Source of the DNA: Camelus ferus
Taxonomy: Eukaryota
Direction of reading: 5' to 3'
Assembly (NCBI RefSeq): GCF_009834535.1
Contig: NC_045698.1
Coordinates: 6,264,001 to 6,328,000 of the forward strand
Length of the DNA stretch: 64,000 bases
The position numbers and the translations under genes are program-made. The notes under the pieces were generated by a model that saw nothing but the letters and a program-made list of their open reading frames with translations, was not told the origin of the DNA and did no database searches. Positions 12,721 to 25,957 of the stretch are shown in pieces (the stretch's first letter is position 1; each line of letters starts with the position of its first letter).

Positions 12721-12932
12721 CTTGATGGCCTCCACTGAGTCGTACTTGTCCAGTTTGTTGATGTGGTTGGTTATGCTGGTGTTGAGAGGGGCGGGCGCGA
12801 CGGGGTGGATGACAGTGGCGTCGTGGGCTTGCTGCTGGTACCGCTGGCAGTAGGTGTAGACGAGCAGCGTGAGGAGGCAGCCCAGGATGGAGCTGCTCAG
12901 CCCCACGGCGATCATGTGGAACATGTTGAACT
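12721..12932 (-). CDS. SEMA5A: SEMA5A transmembrane and proximal cytoplasmic exon: EFNMFHMIAVGLSSSILGCLLTLLVYTYCQRYQQQAHDATVIHPVAPAPLNTSITNHINKLDKYDSVEAIK
   Basis: Contained in ORF 12589..12990. Acceptor ccccag|AG, donor AAG|gtaagg. 212 nt, phase 1 to 0. Hydrophobic TM segment. Confidence 0.96.
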
Positions 12933-13597
12933 CTGGGGAGACAGCGTCACGGAGAGTGAGGCTAGTCCGGGGGAGAACACGCTCGTCCACAGCTCAGCGT
13001 GTGCAGAGCAAAACGGGACATGGCGGAGAGCCCCACACCCATCCCCAACTCAAGAATCATACGACTCCCCTCTGAAATGTCACGGCCACCAAGACACTTC
13101 TCTGCACTGAGCACAGCATAGTTTAAGTCAATGCTGTTAGGAATTATAACCCGTCTTTTGGAGATCACCTTGATACACCAGCAGAGGCTTTTTTCTTCCT
13201 TACAAGCTTAAACAAGACGGTTCTTTTGGTCCAGGCGCAGCATGAGCTATGGTCTATGGGGTTTCTAGGGGACATGTTTTCCGTGCTCCCTAACAGTCTG
13301 AGGGTCCCTGCAAGCGGCATGGCTGTGTCCCAGGAACGAAGCCAGGAGGCACTTACTGCTTCCAATCACGGCTCACCTGCAAGATAGACTGTTTTCTCCT
13401 CTCCTTTATCATTTCACTTACACAGGCGCTCCAGCTACACCATCCTTCCCTCACACGTTTGGAACATGAATATGCACATATCGCATAACATTAGAAAGTG
13501 CAGAAAGGTATACAAGAGTACGTCTCTCATCTCTCCTGGAGGGAGCTTCTGCGACACCTTCTCCTGTGCTCTCCAGGAGATTCTCTGTACACTTGCA

Positions 13598-13601
<4 letters not shown>

Positions 13602-13633
<32 letters not shown>
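13602..13633 (+). repeat. (GT)16 microsatellite
   Basis: Direct reading. Confidence 0.97.
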
Positions 13634-13637
<4 letters not shown>

Positions 13638-16600
13638 ATTACCCTGGGTACTGTTTTTTTTTCACTAACACTGTATTTTGGAGACCTTGTAAAGAAAATG
13701 GTTTACTCCAAAGAAATCAAGGCATATGATCTTTCACTGGTCATGAAATGACCCTCTTTTTTCCATAGGGTTTTTTCCCTACTTAATAGCCTCTTTATTT
13801 TCTTTGAGTTATAAATACAAACTGCTGAAGAAAATGGACTGACACAGACTTATGTCTCGAATATAGGATTGGTTTGAGTGACATCAAGATACCATAACCA
13901 AGACCTGCTTAATCTCTGAGAAAGAACGACAAGAGAGAAAAGAAAGATGTTCACTGTGCGTTGGTTAAAACCCTTTACCATCAAAGCATTAAGCCTTTCA
14001 GGGAATAAAGACAACATCCAAGCAGTGCCCATGAAGCTGAGATTACTGACGACCAGGCAAAGCACAATGGGGCCTCATTTTCTCTACGATGTGTTGGCTC
14101 TGTATAGCTCCGTATAGCTACCAGCTCGCCTGAGGGTTACTGGCCTTATGTCTCCACTGCACAGGGCATAGCCTGAGGGTTTGGCTTTTCTCCCAAGATG
14201 TCCCCTCCATGTACCACCAGAGGGCCCAGTGTCACTCTTGCCTCCCCTACCTGTCCACCCGGCACTAAAGATGCCTGCTGGGCACCACTGTGGATACCAG
14301 GTGAGTCCACTAGGCCCCACAGGGACTCTGTCCCAGGGCACTCGGGGACAGAGACCTGAGAGTTTGTCTCCTGCATCCAGGTCCTGGAATGTTTGCACCT
14401 TAATCACCTGGCACCTCCCTGAGGACTCTCTGAGATGTCTTTGATGCCCAGATGTATACCTCATCCAGCCCAAAACTCCCAAGCTGCTCCCTCTAAGCTG
14501 TGCTCTGTTGCTGCCTCGGACACCGTGTTCCAGGGCCCCGGGGCCCTGGGAGATGGATTTGCTTCACAAGGTGGATGACAACGTGCAGAGAGGCAGCCTC
14601 CTCCTCTGCTCACTGTGAGCCATGACCAAATCCCTCCCACCCATATGGAGACTCTATACACGGTGATTCCTAACTCAGGTCTCAGTATCTTCAGCACCAG
14701 GGGCTGGATAACCCAGGAGGACGAAACATTCCACAAGCATCACCCACTCCCTGACCCCACCTCAGGTTTTCACTTCTCTATCATGTGGTCGTTGGTTTAA
14801 CACAGTGAAAGGAATGCATAAATTATCTCTGGCCTTTCCTGATTTTGTCTGAAGCCTCTCGGGCTGGACAGCTCCCAACCTGGGCAGGCTGGGTAAAGCG
14901 TCCAGGGGCCGTTCCACCTGCAGCAGCTAGAAGCTTCTACTCTTACCTGAAGCTGCCCTCGAGATAAGCAAGAGAGGATCTCACAGGTGTTGCCATTTCT
15001 CCATCTTTCAGTGCTTTGGACTCCCCGGGGTCAGTGCCACGTACAGATAAATGCACTTCTGCTGCACTGATAACATATTATATTGTAACCTATGGAAGAT
15101 GTACGACTCTCTCCATATGCAGACGCTGGGTCGTTAGTCAAATGAATTATTCCCGCAGGTGCCTGGGGAAGGCGGGGGCCAGCTGACATCTTTGTGAGAA
15201 ATATACTGTCTTTGTGTCTCACGCAACTAAAAATAGCTCTCTAAGTGGAAACATTTCAATATTTCAATAGGCCTACATTTGTCTGCACAAGGGAAAAATC
15301 GTGCCTATTAAGTCTCCTGAATCTGCTTAATGTGGCTCTTTGCTTTGAAGATGATTTTTGTTGTTGTTTTTGGTCAGTAAAGCTAGAGACCAATGACCCA
15401 GTTGGTTCAACTGGCTGCTTTTCTGTGCAAAGTTGGACTGATTTTTCCACAAACTGGAAAAAGACATCTATGTTGTCCCCTCAACATCCCCAAACGTCCT
15501 TGCTAGGTAGCTGCTTTTGCCTGCCAGTCCCACAGTTAGCCCCCTCTGACCTCTTAACCCGCCTACTCTGGGGCGTCAGTGTCAGCAGCCTGAAGAACTA
15601 AGCAATCAGTTCCGAAGGTTGCAGAGTAATGACAGTGTCTGAGATTTACTCCCAGCACCTGGAGGCTTGCTGTGGCGCAGCCGTTGGCACAGCTGGTCCA
15701 AACACGCAGCACTGGAGGAAGGAAGTGGGCTTTTTGTATCACATCTTTCTGGATCCTTGGGGCCTTGGGAAGAGCGCCCACATCCTAACCTGGAGAGGGC
15801 TGGCCAAGGAAAGTGGTCTGGAGGCAGCCAGTCACTCTGGGGAGGCGGCAGCCGGCTGCCCCCAGGTTCTGCCCTGACCTCCCTCGGGACAGGACCACTC
15901 CTTGCGAACTCTGCTCCACTGGGTCCCAAGTATTGCCCAAGAGTGTCATCTGGCCAGGGCTGCTGTGGTGGCACAGCCCAGACACCATCCTCTGGGGTGC
16001 TCTGTACCAGGACCCTTCCCCTGTGGTGCTCCGGGCTTGAAGCTCACACTGGGATCCCACTGCCTGGATCCAAAGTCAGCTCCACCTGGGCTGTTTGTGT
16101 GAACCTCGGCTCTCTGACCCTCATGATCCTTATTTATAAAATGCAGATGAAAAGGTGTGGCTGTTACCCCTTTCCTGCAACCCCCCAAACCCAAATCTCT
16201 CAAAACCATTTTTCGTCCCTCACCTGCAGCGCAGCCTGACCTGACCGGACCTTTGGCTACAGAGCCGACCAGAACTGCCAGGAGGGACAGTCAGCAGCAG
16301 CCTCACGTCACCCACATTTCACAGCGACATCGCTCAAGCGATGGGTCACGGAGCGTGGTTCCCGGATATGCAGTGTGTGTCCCACGTTACCCATCTGTAA
16401 TCTGAAAAACGCTCACTTCCAAACCCTCCTCTCTCCCCAGGGGTTCTGTGCAAAGAGCCGTGAGATCTGGCGTCCACACGAAGGCTCTCTGTGAGGACCA
16501 CACAGGATACCTCTTGTCATTTTATAAGGTGACACAGAGCAACTGATCTAGAACTATTAAGGGGCACTCAAGGCTACAATTATTTTTATGAGAACTCATC

Positions 16601-17384
16601 GATATTCATCTTGCAGCCGGACCCCAAGGTAGCAGCTGCCAGTCTGTGAACTCACTGGACAGACTCACGTCAGGCACCAGACATCGCCTTTCTCAGGCAC
16701 CGGGCTCTCCTGGGCTGTGACTTTTGGTTCTAGAGTCCCCACGGGAAGATCAACACCCCTCACAAAACTGGCACGGAGTGGGCACTCAGCAAAGAAGACT
16801 GAACAAATGGATTAACAGGTGGCTGACCAAACGGAGTATAACAGATAGTGGGCTCTTAATGTCGTTAATAATAGCACGTAATTCCTGAAACACACCTATT
16901 AAACTCCAGATTCCTTCCGAACGTAAGGAGAGACCAAAGCCGGCTGAGCTGCGCTGTCTGGAATGGATCGTGCTGGGAACGGTGCTGTCTAGTCATCGGC
17001 CGCATGTGGGAAGACACTGGTCTTGTATGTGGATGTTGGGCTATGAGCACCAAAGGTGGACCAGGGCTGGGCTCTAAGTGATGGACAGCCAGCCCCTCCC
17101 AGCCAGCCAGGACTGAACTAGACTAGATGGGAAAGTCCAAAAGCATCACGAGTTTGAGCCAGACAATGTGACTTCTGTCATTTAGGGTTGCAGGAAGTTT
17201 GAAAAATACCTCTAGAGATATAGGATATGTCCTTGTTCCCATCGTAAAATTGTGCTATTTTGTCATTTCAGCAGTTTGGAGGTTTGAGGCTGGCTGCCTT
17301 GGAATTTGTACTATCCAAACTATACAAATACGATGGCTGAATTCTGTTTTACTCATGGGAAATCTAACTGCAGCTAATGCCTAG

Positions 17385-17571
17385 GTCCCTGGATCATAAA
17401 GCTTACAGCCACCAGCATCACCCGAAGGGCTAATTAAACCACAGAGCACTGAGCCCCACTCAGAGAGGTTCTGAGTCCACAGATTGAGGCAAGGCCTGGG
17501 AATCCGCATGCCTAGTGAGTTCCCACGTGATACTGATGATGCTCTGTGAGGACCAGGCTTGAGAACCACTG
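17385..17571. mobile_element. MER5A-like hAT-Charlie MITE
   Basis: Ends in cttgagaaccactg; internal ggcctgggaatccgcat...ttcccacgtgatactgatg matches recalled MER5A. Confidence 0.7.
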
Positions 17572-17755
17572 ATCCAGACGTCAAATGTGTACTTCTGGCA
17601 TCTGTGCTGTTGAAATAGATGGTGTTTGGGTCCAAGAGTTTCCCCAGCCTGTTTTCCTGAGCCAATAGCAGAAACATTATACAAAACACGCGGGAAGAGA
17701 AATGATTGGAAAATGTCAGAAACACACCAGAAATTGATTAAAAAGAAGAACTTAC

Positions 17756-17803
17756 CTCCGCACCTCTTCTCTTCTACGCTGCTGGATCTTGCGACGGATA
17801 CTT
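17756..17803 (-). CDS. SEMA5A: SEMA5A 48-nt juxtamembrane exon: EVSVARSSSVEEKRCG
   Basis: Acceptor ttttttccag|AA, donor G|gtaagt. 48 nt, phase 1-1. Matches recalled SEMA5A. Confidence 0.95.
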
Positions 17804-18484
17804 CTGGAAAAAACAAATATTCAATCACAATGTGTCAAGGGAGTTGGGGAGGAAGAGCGCAGTAATGATTCACTTATAAAACGTCTAATGAGTTTGAGGT
17901 TTATGTGAGTCAGAGTTTCCAAAAGCCAGATTATTTTTTAAAAAATAGTATGTGTTTGTTCATTTTAATCAACTGCAGCTGTGTTTGATCAAGGTCACCT
18001 TGATTGGGAAGGGGTGAAATTCATGATCACAAAAAGAAAATGCTGTGGTCTCTTGGGCAAAACCAGGGCACTAGTTTCAAAACAAGGCCAGAGTATGTGC
18101 TGATTTTCTGTTACAATGTATTCTGCCAGCTGTGGAAACCTACTGTGTCTGCCTGGGGCTCCCGCCTCGGAGGTTTTGTCTCGTCAAAGCCAGTACTGTC
18201 ACTTGCCCTATAGCGGGGGATCACTGCCCCAGAACTCAGAGGAAGCGGTCACAACAACTTGTGACAGAGCCCATTCGTGCTCTTGGCCACGCCCCACGTG
18301 AAACCCACAAGGAAGACGCCAGTAAAAGGAGAGATCCACGCAAACGTCGAACCCCCAAGGATAAACACCATTCCAGGAGTCCAGGAAGGCTACCCTCTCC
18401 TGTACTGATCTTCTGTTCAATCATGAGAATTAAAAATATGTCTCTGGTTACAAAGGAAGCAACAATAATAAACACTCTGAGGGT

Positions 18485-18628
18485 GGGGAGGGCATAGCTC
18501 AGTGGTAGAGAGTGTGCTTAGCATGTACAAGGTCCTGGGTTCAATACCCAGTATGCCCATTAAAAAAGTACATGAATAAATAAACCTAATTTCCTCCCTG
18601 TAAGCGCCCCCCCCCGCTATAAAAAAAG
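18485..18628 (+). mobile_element. tRNA-Ala-derived SINE (camelid Vic-1-like), copy 1
   Basis: A box tagctcagtgg, B box gggttcaatacc, tail aaataaacctaatt...ccc and an A run. Confidence 0.8.
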
Positions 18629-18656
18629 AACATGCTTAGGAAAGGGACCTTTCAGC

Positions 18657-18790
18657 GGGGGGAGGGTATAGCTCAGTGGTGGAGTGTACGCTTTGTATGC
18701 ATGAGGTCATGGGTTCAATCCCCTGTATCTCCATTAAATAAATAAAAAAAATAAACCTAATTACTCCCCCAAAAGACAAAACAAAAAAAA
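18657..18790 (+). mobile_element. tRNA-Ala-derived SINE (camelid Vic-1-like), copy 2
   Basis: ggggagggtatagctcagtgg...gggttcaatccc, the same aaataaacctaatt tail, and an A-rich end. Confidence 0.8.
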
Positions 18791-19540
18791 TTTAAAAACC
18801 CCAATAAATCCTCTTGCAGTTCTAGGCCACAGGAGACTTGAGGTGAAGCTTATGAGGCTGAAGCTGATAGTTTTTTCTAAAATATTATTACCTTTTCCAT
18901 AAATAGAGGAAAACAAGGTATTATTTATAACCTTGTAAGAAGTGGTCTCTGCTTTGGTCCCTGTGGGAGTCCTAAGGCGCACAGTGGGCGTATGTGAAAT
19001 GATTGATAAGTGCCCAGGACCATGCCTCCCGTAAGCACGCGGCAGGTGACAGACCTTCACTAATAACTAAACATCAATTTCACACAGAAAAGCCTGTAGC
19101 AACAGGGCCAGCCAACCTCTTCTCCAAGATGACGGCAAGGACAGGTTTCCACTTTCCCTAATACACTGAGGTTGTGTGATGAGAATGGCCATTTTTCCTC
19201 TGTGCACACACATACACACAGCATTGCCAAAGCATTTAACCTAATATTAAAACAACCAAATTTTCATTTTTTGAACAAGCTATTCTGACTCTGTTATAGT
19301 CAATAAATTGTAGAAGACACTGTGCTTAAAAAATCTTAAAACTTAAGGCCTAAATTAAAATCTACAACCGCAGTTATGCATAAATCTCTGATCACCTTGA
19401 AACCACAAGACTGAAGCATCACTGTTTCACCAAACAGGACCTCAAAGAACAGATAAAAACTCCGACCTACGAATCGTTTCCTCCTGAAATGCTGAAAACA
19501 ATTTTGTTCACATGGATAAGCACCACCCCAACCCCCTTAC

Positions 19541-19696
19541 CTGGGATGAAATTGGAATCAAAAACACACGGCCGGCTCTCCGAGGTGTTTCCGGAACACT
19601 GGCTTCCCACGGGGAACAGCAGGATGCACTGGCGGACGCGGACCTGGACTCCAGACACATCACACTCGGACCAGTCTGACCACTCCGACCAGCTCT
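19541..19696 (-). CDS. SEMA5A: SEMA5A coding exon, last TSP1 repeat: ESWSEWSDWSECDVSGVQVRVRQCILLFPVGSQCSGNTSESRPCVFDSNFIP
   Basis: Contained in ORF 19467..19751. Acceptor cag|AG, donor G|gtaagg. 156 nt, phase 1-1. Confidence 0.96.
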
Positions 19697-21228
19697 CTGC
19701 AGTGGCAGGAAGAGGGGAGATGTGGCAAAAATGCCCACTAAGATCAACCATCCTGGAAGCACTGTCGGCTTATCTATGTTACTTTAAGTTCCCGTGTGGT
19801 GTTTTTAATGGGTCTGTGTATAAATAAAATGGACTTGTGTCTTCTGACCAGTCCAGGAGCATGAATAAAAGAACTCGTACATCTTTGATTAGAAATAATT
19901 GCTTAAAATACATTTTCTAAAACCCACATTATTTTAATGCTCTAAAGTAACTGTATTAGACACTCTAAGCCAATCCATGAGGTCTGGCTGTGCACGGCCT
20001 TTCTTTCCACCGTCGGGGGAGAAATGATCACTGCAGACACCACTCCTATAGGGTCATGCTCACTGTGAAGAGCGACCCTCAAACGCCGCCCAGCAAAATT
20101 CCTCCAGGTCTCAGTGCTCGGACAAAAGAGATGACGGTGTGCCCATGAGAAAGCCCTGGATGCTGAAAGGGGGTTCAAGCTACTACAGGCACTTTCTCTC
20201 CTGTTATGAAAACAATTCTGCATGGTCAGTGCACCAAAGGCAGGCTGTGCTTGTGGCAGAATTCATTTTATCCTGTGTTTTCTGTCACTGAAGCACACAC
20301 GATCAATGCACAAGTCTGGGTCAAGGCCCAAGGATGGGCCAGCTAAGGTCACTTCACCCCGAAGTGGAAGATTCACTAGGATTTTGTTAAATTCACTCAG
20401 GCCTACAGATATGTGAAAAGAGAGGACTGACACTCATATTTTAAGTAAGGAGGTTAAAAAATGAACACAATATTATTTATGAAATATCAATAACATAAAA
20501 AAAGATTTTGTTCTATGCAGTTGGCTTTTTTCCTTTTTTTTTAAATTTAAGCGTTGTCTGCAGTTAGGGGAAAGTTCAGAAACCAAACTTGTGTTTTGAT
20601 CCATTTTAAAGAGTACAATTTTCCCTTAGAAATATGTGAAGTGCTCATTCTGGGAATGACTGACAATTGGGTCTTAGGCACTTTTCAATATAAATGGGAC
20701 CTTCCAGAAGGATCTGCAGGAGCAAGTTAGAAATATATGTATAAATGAGTGTCTCAAAGTAGAAGTTAGACTCAGAGGCGAGTGTCTCCTTTTCATCCCA
20801 AGCGGTACTTTAGTGAGAAAACAAAGCTGACTCTTGGACGGGGAAGCCACGGCTGGGCATCCCTGGGGCCCCTGTGCCTGCCAGCCTCCAGCCCGGACCC
20901 CCGGCTCATGGTCCTGGGGGGTCTTCCTAGGAAGCAGTTTCACAAAGTCTCTCCTGGCTCCCCCCCCCCCCCCGATTATCAGCAGCAGAATGTCGGATCC
21001 AGTTACCTGGTTACACATGTTAAGAAAGCTTGGTTATCACCTGTGAGTAGTTAACTACCTGAAGGTGAGAAGTGTTCCCCTGTGGGACAACGTGTTATGA
21101 AGTCGGTTCACCCTCAGCAGTGCGGGTACCTATTGTGATGTGACTTCATCAATTCCACCATTTCTCCATCAAGGAGAAGGGTGCATCTGTCCCGACACCA
21201 GGCAGTGGGCAGGGCGGGGGCGGCTTAC

Positions 21229-21399
21229 CGGGGCAGGGCTGCGTGTTACAGAGCGCCTCTTCCGTGTGCAGCCCCAGGCAGATGTCGCCTCCGTAGGCGG
21301 GGGCTGGGTTTGTGCACGAGCGGGTCCTCATGTAGTGTCCACCTCCGCATGTTGCTGAGCACTTGGACCAGGGGGACCAGCAAGACCACATGCCGTCCA
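21229..21399 (-). CDS. SEMA5A: SEMA5A coding exon, TSP1 repeat: VDGMWSCWSPWSKCSATCGGGHYMRTRSCTNPAPAYGGDICLGLHTEEALCNTQPCP
   Basis: Contained in ORF 21149..21877. Acceptor cag|TG, donor G|gtaagc. 171 nt, phase 1-1. WxxWxxW and CSATCG motifs. Confidence 0.96.
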
Positions 21400-22041
21400 C
21401 TGGGAAGGGACACAAAGTCACACCACTTCTGAAATCCCAATCTGACCGACCTGACGTGGCTGCAGAGTCTGCCCTGCAGGAAGGTGTCGTGTACACCACT
21501 GAGCGCTCCCAGGGGGTACCTGGGGGCCTCCACCTGGCTTTGCATATTCCTCCCCATGTTCTTCCAGTTCCTCCCATTCTTTCAGGCAGTGTTTGTAAGC
21601 ATCTAATACGCCAGCATGGGTGTATCAGACTGCAGGGAACGCTGTGTACATGGCAGTGTTCTTCCTTGCAATGAACGCATGTCTGCCTAGACTGTAAAAT
21701 TTTCAAAACCCCTCCTCCATATCTATTCTTGAGGGGGGCGGGGTAGGAGGGAAATGCTTGCTGGCAGTTTTTCTCTGTCTGTAACCTGAGCTGAAGTTGG
21801 TCTGTAGTACAGATGTTCGCACACCACACACTGAGGCACAGAAAAGTCACCGTGCCTTGGAATAGCAGCCGTGACAAAGCCTGCGTGTCCAGATGTGCAC
21901 GTGGCGGTCAGGCTCAGGAAGGCTCTAACGCTTTGTCTTGATGGTGTCAGAGCCCAAATGAGAACCAACCGCGTAATCTAAGAGCTACATGCTTTTCATA
22001 TCACGTGACGAGCCAGGACGGTCAACGTGAAAAGATACTTG

Positions 22042-22805
22042 ACATCACTAATTATCAGGGAAATGCAATTCAAAACCACAATGAGACATCACTTCACCCC
22101 TGTCAGGATAGGTATTATAGGAAAAAGATAATAATAGATAACAGTGCTGGTGAGGATTTGGAGAGAATGGAACACTTGTAGGCTGTGGGTGCAAATGCAA
22201 AATGGCGCAGCCACCAGGGAACACAGCACGGTGGTTCCTCAAAGATGCAGAAACAGAGCAACCATAAGATGAAGCAATGCCACTTCCGAGTATTTGCCCA
22301 AAGGAACTGAAATCAAGATCGCAGACACCTGCAGCCCCATGTTCACACGAGAGCCAGTATATGGAAGTAATGCAAATGACGTTCATTGATAGGTGAATGG
22401 ATAAAGAAAAAGTGGTATTTTATCATTACATAATTTATAATGAAATATTATTCAGTCAGAGTAGAAGGAAATCCTGTCATACGCCACAAAATGCATGAAA
22501 CGAGAGGACTCTGCGCTAGTGAAAATAAGCCAGTCACGGAAAGACAACTGCCACGTGACCCCACTTCTATGTGGAATCTAAATGGTCAAGCTCATAGAAG
22601 CAGAAGGTGGAGCGGTGGTTGCCTGGGGCTGGAGGAGGGGGAGTGGACAGGTGCTGTTCAAGGGGTATGAAGTCTCAGGTCAGCGCGACGAGCACAGTCC
22701 TAGAGGTCCGCTCTGCGACACCGTGTCTGCAGTGGACAGGGCTACATCGTGCACTTAGAGATTCATACAAAGGGTGGCTTTCGTGTTAAATTTTCCTACA
22801 ACAGT
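22042..22805 (+). mobile_element. Old L1 (L1MA/MB-type) ORF2 end and 3' UTR fragment
   Basis: catcactaattatcagggaaatgcaattcaaaaccacaatgaga... and agtgaaaataagccagtcacggaaagac are typical L1 3' motifs. Confidence 0.85.
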
Positions 22806-23708
22806 AGCCCAATAACAGAATTTACAAATATCCAAAGACTAAATGCTTTTGGTCACACAGTCATTCTATAATCACGATTGTCTCATGGTCACGTGGGTCC
22901 ACTAGACATGGCAGGAAGCTGGTGACCGAAAGATGAATGTACACAGTTCCTTGCACTATTTCAAACAGTATTTATACCCGTCCACATTTTAACTAATATT
23001 TACACCAATTAATATCTCATCCTAACTTCCCCCCCTCCCCCACCAACTGACCTCCTGGTATCTTGATAAATTCCCTTGGCACCAAATCGTTCCTTGTTTA
23101 ACAGAGGAAAAGATGCTTCTTGTTGGAACTGTGAACAGTTTGCTGGAGCATCTGTGACACAGCCCAGTTGCTGAAACTTTTCCACTTGCCAGTTTAAACC
23201 ACAAGGTCACACGAACTTCCACCACTTCAGTGTCATTGCCCTGAGGGGTATGTCAAGTGCTGGGGGAACAGGTCCTCCCAGCATGACGGGAAATCAGAAG
23301 GAACCTTCAGCCACTTCACCGTCAGGGAGCCACTCTGGCCTGTAACCGCCCCGTGCCCCCAGCCCAGCTCCAATCCAGTCTCCACTTCCCGTCCTCTTAG
23401 CTCTGTGCTTGTGTTCCAAGCCTCAGCCTTCTCCTCGGAGACAAGGAGATGGTGGTCTGTCCTGGATGAAAAGGGACATTAAATATTGTAATAAGGTTTT
23501 GTATTAGGAAGGCTAATGTATTTTTAAAATAGAAATTACAGAATACAAAGCTTAATGAAATAGTCTTCCCTGTGCAGGAGCATTAGAACTTCATGGGGAG
23601 GCAGGGATTCTGAAGTCAAGGGAACAAAAAAGTGTGAGTCACCACTCAGGGCCTGGCCCACCGGGGGACAGAGCGGGGCTGAGTGTCTGAGCGCTTCCCT
23701 TGCTGCTA

Positions 23709-23730
23709 ATGATGCTAGTGATGATGATGG

Positions 23731-23764
<34 letters not shown>
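23709..23764 (+). repeat. (GAT)n trinucleotide microsatellite
   Basis: Direct reading. It explains the poly-Met ORF 23700..23972. Confidence 0.95.
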
Positions 23765-25957
23765 ACTAACTCAGCATCGCCCCTTCCTCAACACTGCCGT
23801 GGGGCGTGTCCTGGAAATGCAGGGCCCGCGGCACAGAGAGGTCAGGCCGCAGAGGGGATGCGTGGGAGCAGGACTGGCTCCTGGCAGGCCGAACCCAGGA
23901 CAGGCACACGGTTCAGGGTGTCACGGAACTTTCATCACATCAGTAAAAGTCGCGTGGGGAGCTTCTCATTGACCAAGAAAGACTGGCTCACGGGAAGATC
24001 AGACAAATACCGAAAAGCTTAGATCCATGTTTCTTTCTGGGAATCAAAGCAATTAACTATAGGAAATTATCTTTGATCAAATGAAATTTATAGATTAAGT
24101 CATTTGAGAGAAGAAGATTAAAAATTCTGGTTCTAGCTGAATACACCACCCACTACAGTAAAATCTAAATAAAAAGTACAATGACTCGCAATGGAAAGAG
24201 CAAAGTAAAACTAAGGAATGTCCGAGTGTCGGGCATCCCGTGGGCTGGCAGAGACAGAAAGGCCTACACTTACAGTCCCGCACGTCGTGGGGATGTTTGA
24301 TACCGACTCCCCAGTGCACCGAGGCCCGGGCCACCCCGGTCTTCACTGAAGGACAGCTGTGCTCTGGGCTCCTCTGAGGATCTCCGAGCAGAAGTTTCCT
24401 GCACCAGGCTCCCCCGCCACCCCAAACCCCAGCAGCCTCAGGGCTCCTTTAGGACAGAACCAATGTCTTAAGTTCCTTTTTGGTCACCTGCAGTTTACAG
24501 AACACAGTGTGGACTCAAGGATTTCATGGACAGAGAGGTAAGCACACCGCAGGGGCCTAACCAAGGTTAGCCGCCGAACACGCACCTGTCTGAATTCACG
24601 GCTTAGATTCAGAAGTTTCCCTTCTGTGAGATTCTCAGTCACGGTTCCTTCTTCCTCAGGCTTACTGTCTTCCTCGCAAAGAAGAGCTACATTATTTTAT
24701 GGGATTGTAACATTACTTAGCAACAAAGAACCATCTGCTGTCTCTACCTTTGTCAGCCATGGTCTGGAATCAGTTCTGAACCAAACATGAGCTGAGGAAA
24801 AGGAGTGAAGGAGAAAGGCCCGCCATTTCTCCGTGACGGAGGTAGCATGCAGGTGAAGGTCCGAGTCAGACCAACCATAGAAGATGAGTAAGGATCAGGG
24901 GCTCAGCTCTAAACCCTTATGGCAGCATTTGATACACATCAGAATTGGAGATCAAAACCATCACTGATTAATTTAAAAAGTATTTTACATTTCTCTGGTC
25001 TTAGATTTATTTTCAAACTTAAGCATAATGAGACAACTTATTTTTAAATAAAATATGGTGCCCATTTGTAACTGTTTATTGTGGACCCAACAGGATGAAG
25101 GAGGAACGGATTCAGAGGGAGGAAAGTGTCCCCAGTGAGGCAAAAACAGCCCTGTAACTGGCGGGGCAGCTCAGCACCCACGGCCCTGAGAGCCTCCCAC
25201 CTCTCCTTGCCGAGTTACATCCTGTCTTGTGTCAGGAATTTTCTAGGGGGTGGGGGAGAAATCGACATTTGCCCCACTCAGCCCCCTGAACTCATCCATT
25301 CCCAAGGGGCAAGTGAGGAGGCCACTCTGACTGTTTCCACAACCCTCTGTGGAATCTTGGCTTTCAAAAAGAAAATGAAGACAGAGCTATTTCAAGACAT
25401 TAAGGTTATGTATACATGATACTGGCCTGACCATCAAATCAACTAAAATAAAAACAGCCGCTAGATCATGTTAATGAGATGTCTCTGAGACGCATCTGTC
25501 TGAGCCTGGGTCTCAGGGACCAGGGCAGCATCTAAGCGTCTCGAGGAGTCTGCACGTTCTGCTGACGGCAGTGAGGACGTGCGTGTGGAGCCGGGGAGGA
25601 AGAGTGCATGGGTGGATGCTCACGTTCCCAGGATGGCCCCCCGGTCCCACTTTACTGCATGGATCCCAGTCTAATAATGTTGCCCCACAGGCTCTCTCTC
25701 AGCCCCTGGGAAGAGTCCTTACACTGTCCATGCTGGGGCTGTGGGAAAGAAACGGCTCTGTGACCTTTCCCAGCCCGCAGGCATCACTTGGCCAGGAAAG
25801 CTGGGCAGTTGGGAGGGAAGAGTCTCAGGAGGCTGGAGAAATTCAGGCAGAGACAGCCGAGGAGGAGCTGAGCAGCTGGAGGAGCAGGGGCATTATTGGG
25901 AGTCTCAGAGACAAAGCCGGGAACTGTGTATTTTCAGTTTAACGTACATGTTTATTA

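Noticed and set aside
14100..16050. Clusters of overlapping GC-rich ORFs, possible LTR relics
   Set aside because: No coding signature, and I could not assign a repeat family with confidence.
18485..18735. Two tRNA-Ala-like sequences as functional tRNA genes
   Set aside because: Stems are mismatched, both share a SINE-specific tail and A-rich end, and there is no T-run terminator. They are SINEs.
21400..21877. Long in-frame extension upstream of the TSP1 exon (ORF 21149..21877)
   Set aside because: A canonical acceptor at 21400 gives the correct SEMA5A frame, and the extension has no protein-like features.
23700..23972. Poly-Met ORF
   Set aside because: Artefact of the (GAT)n microsatellite.
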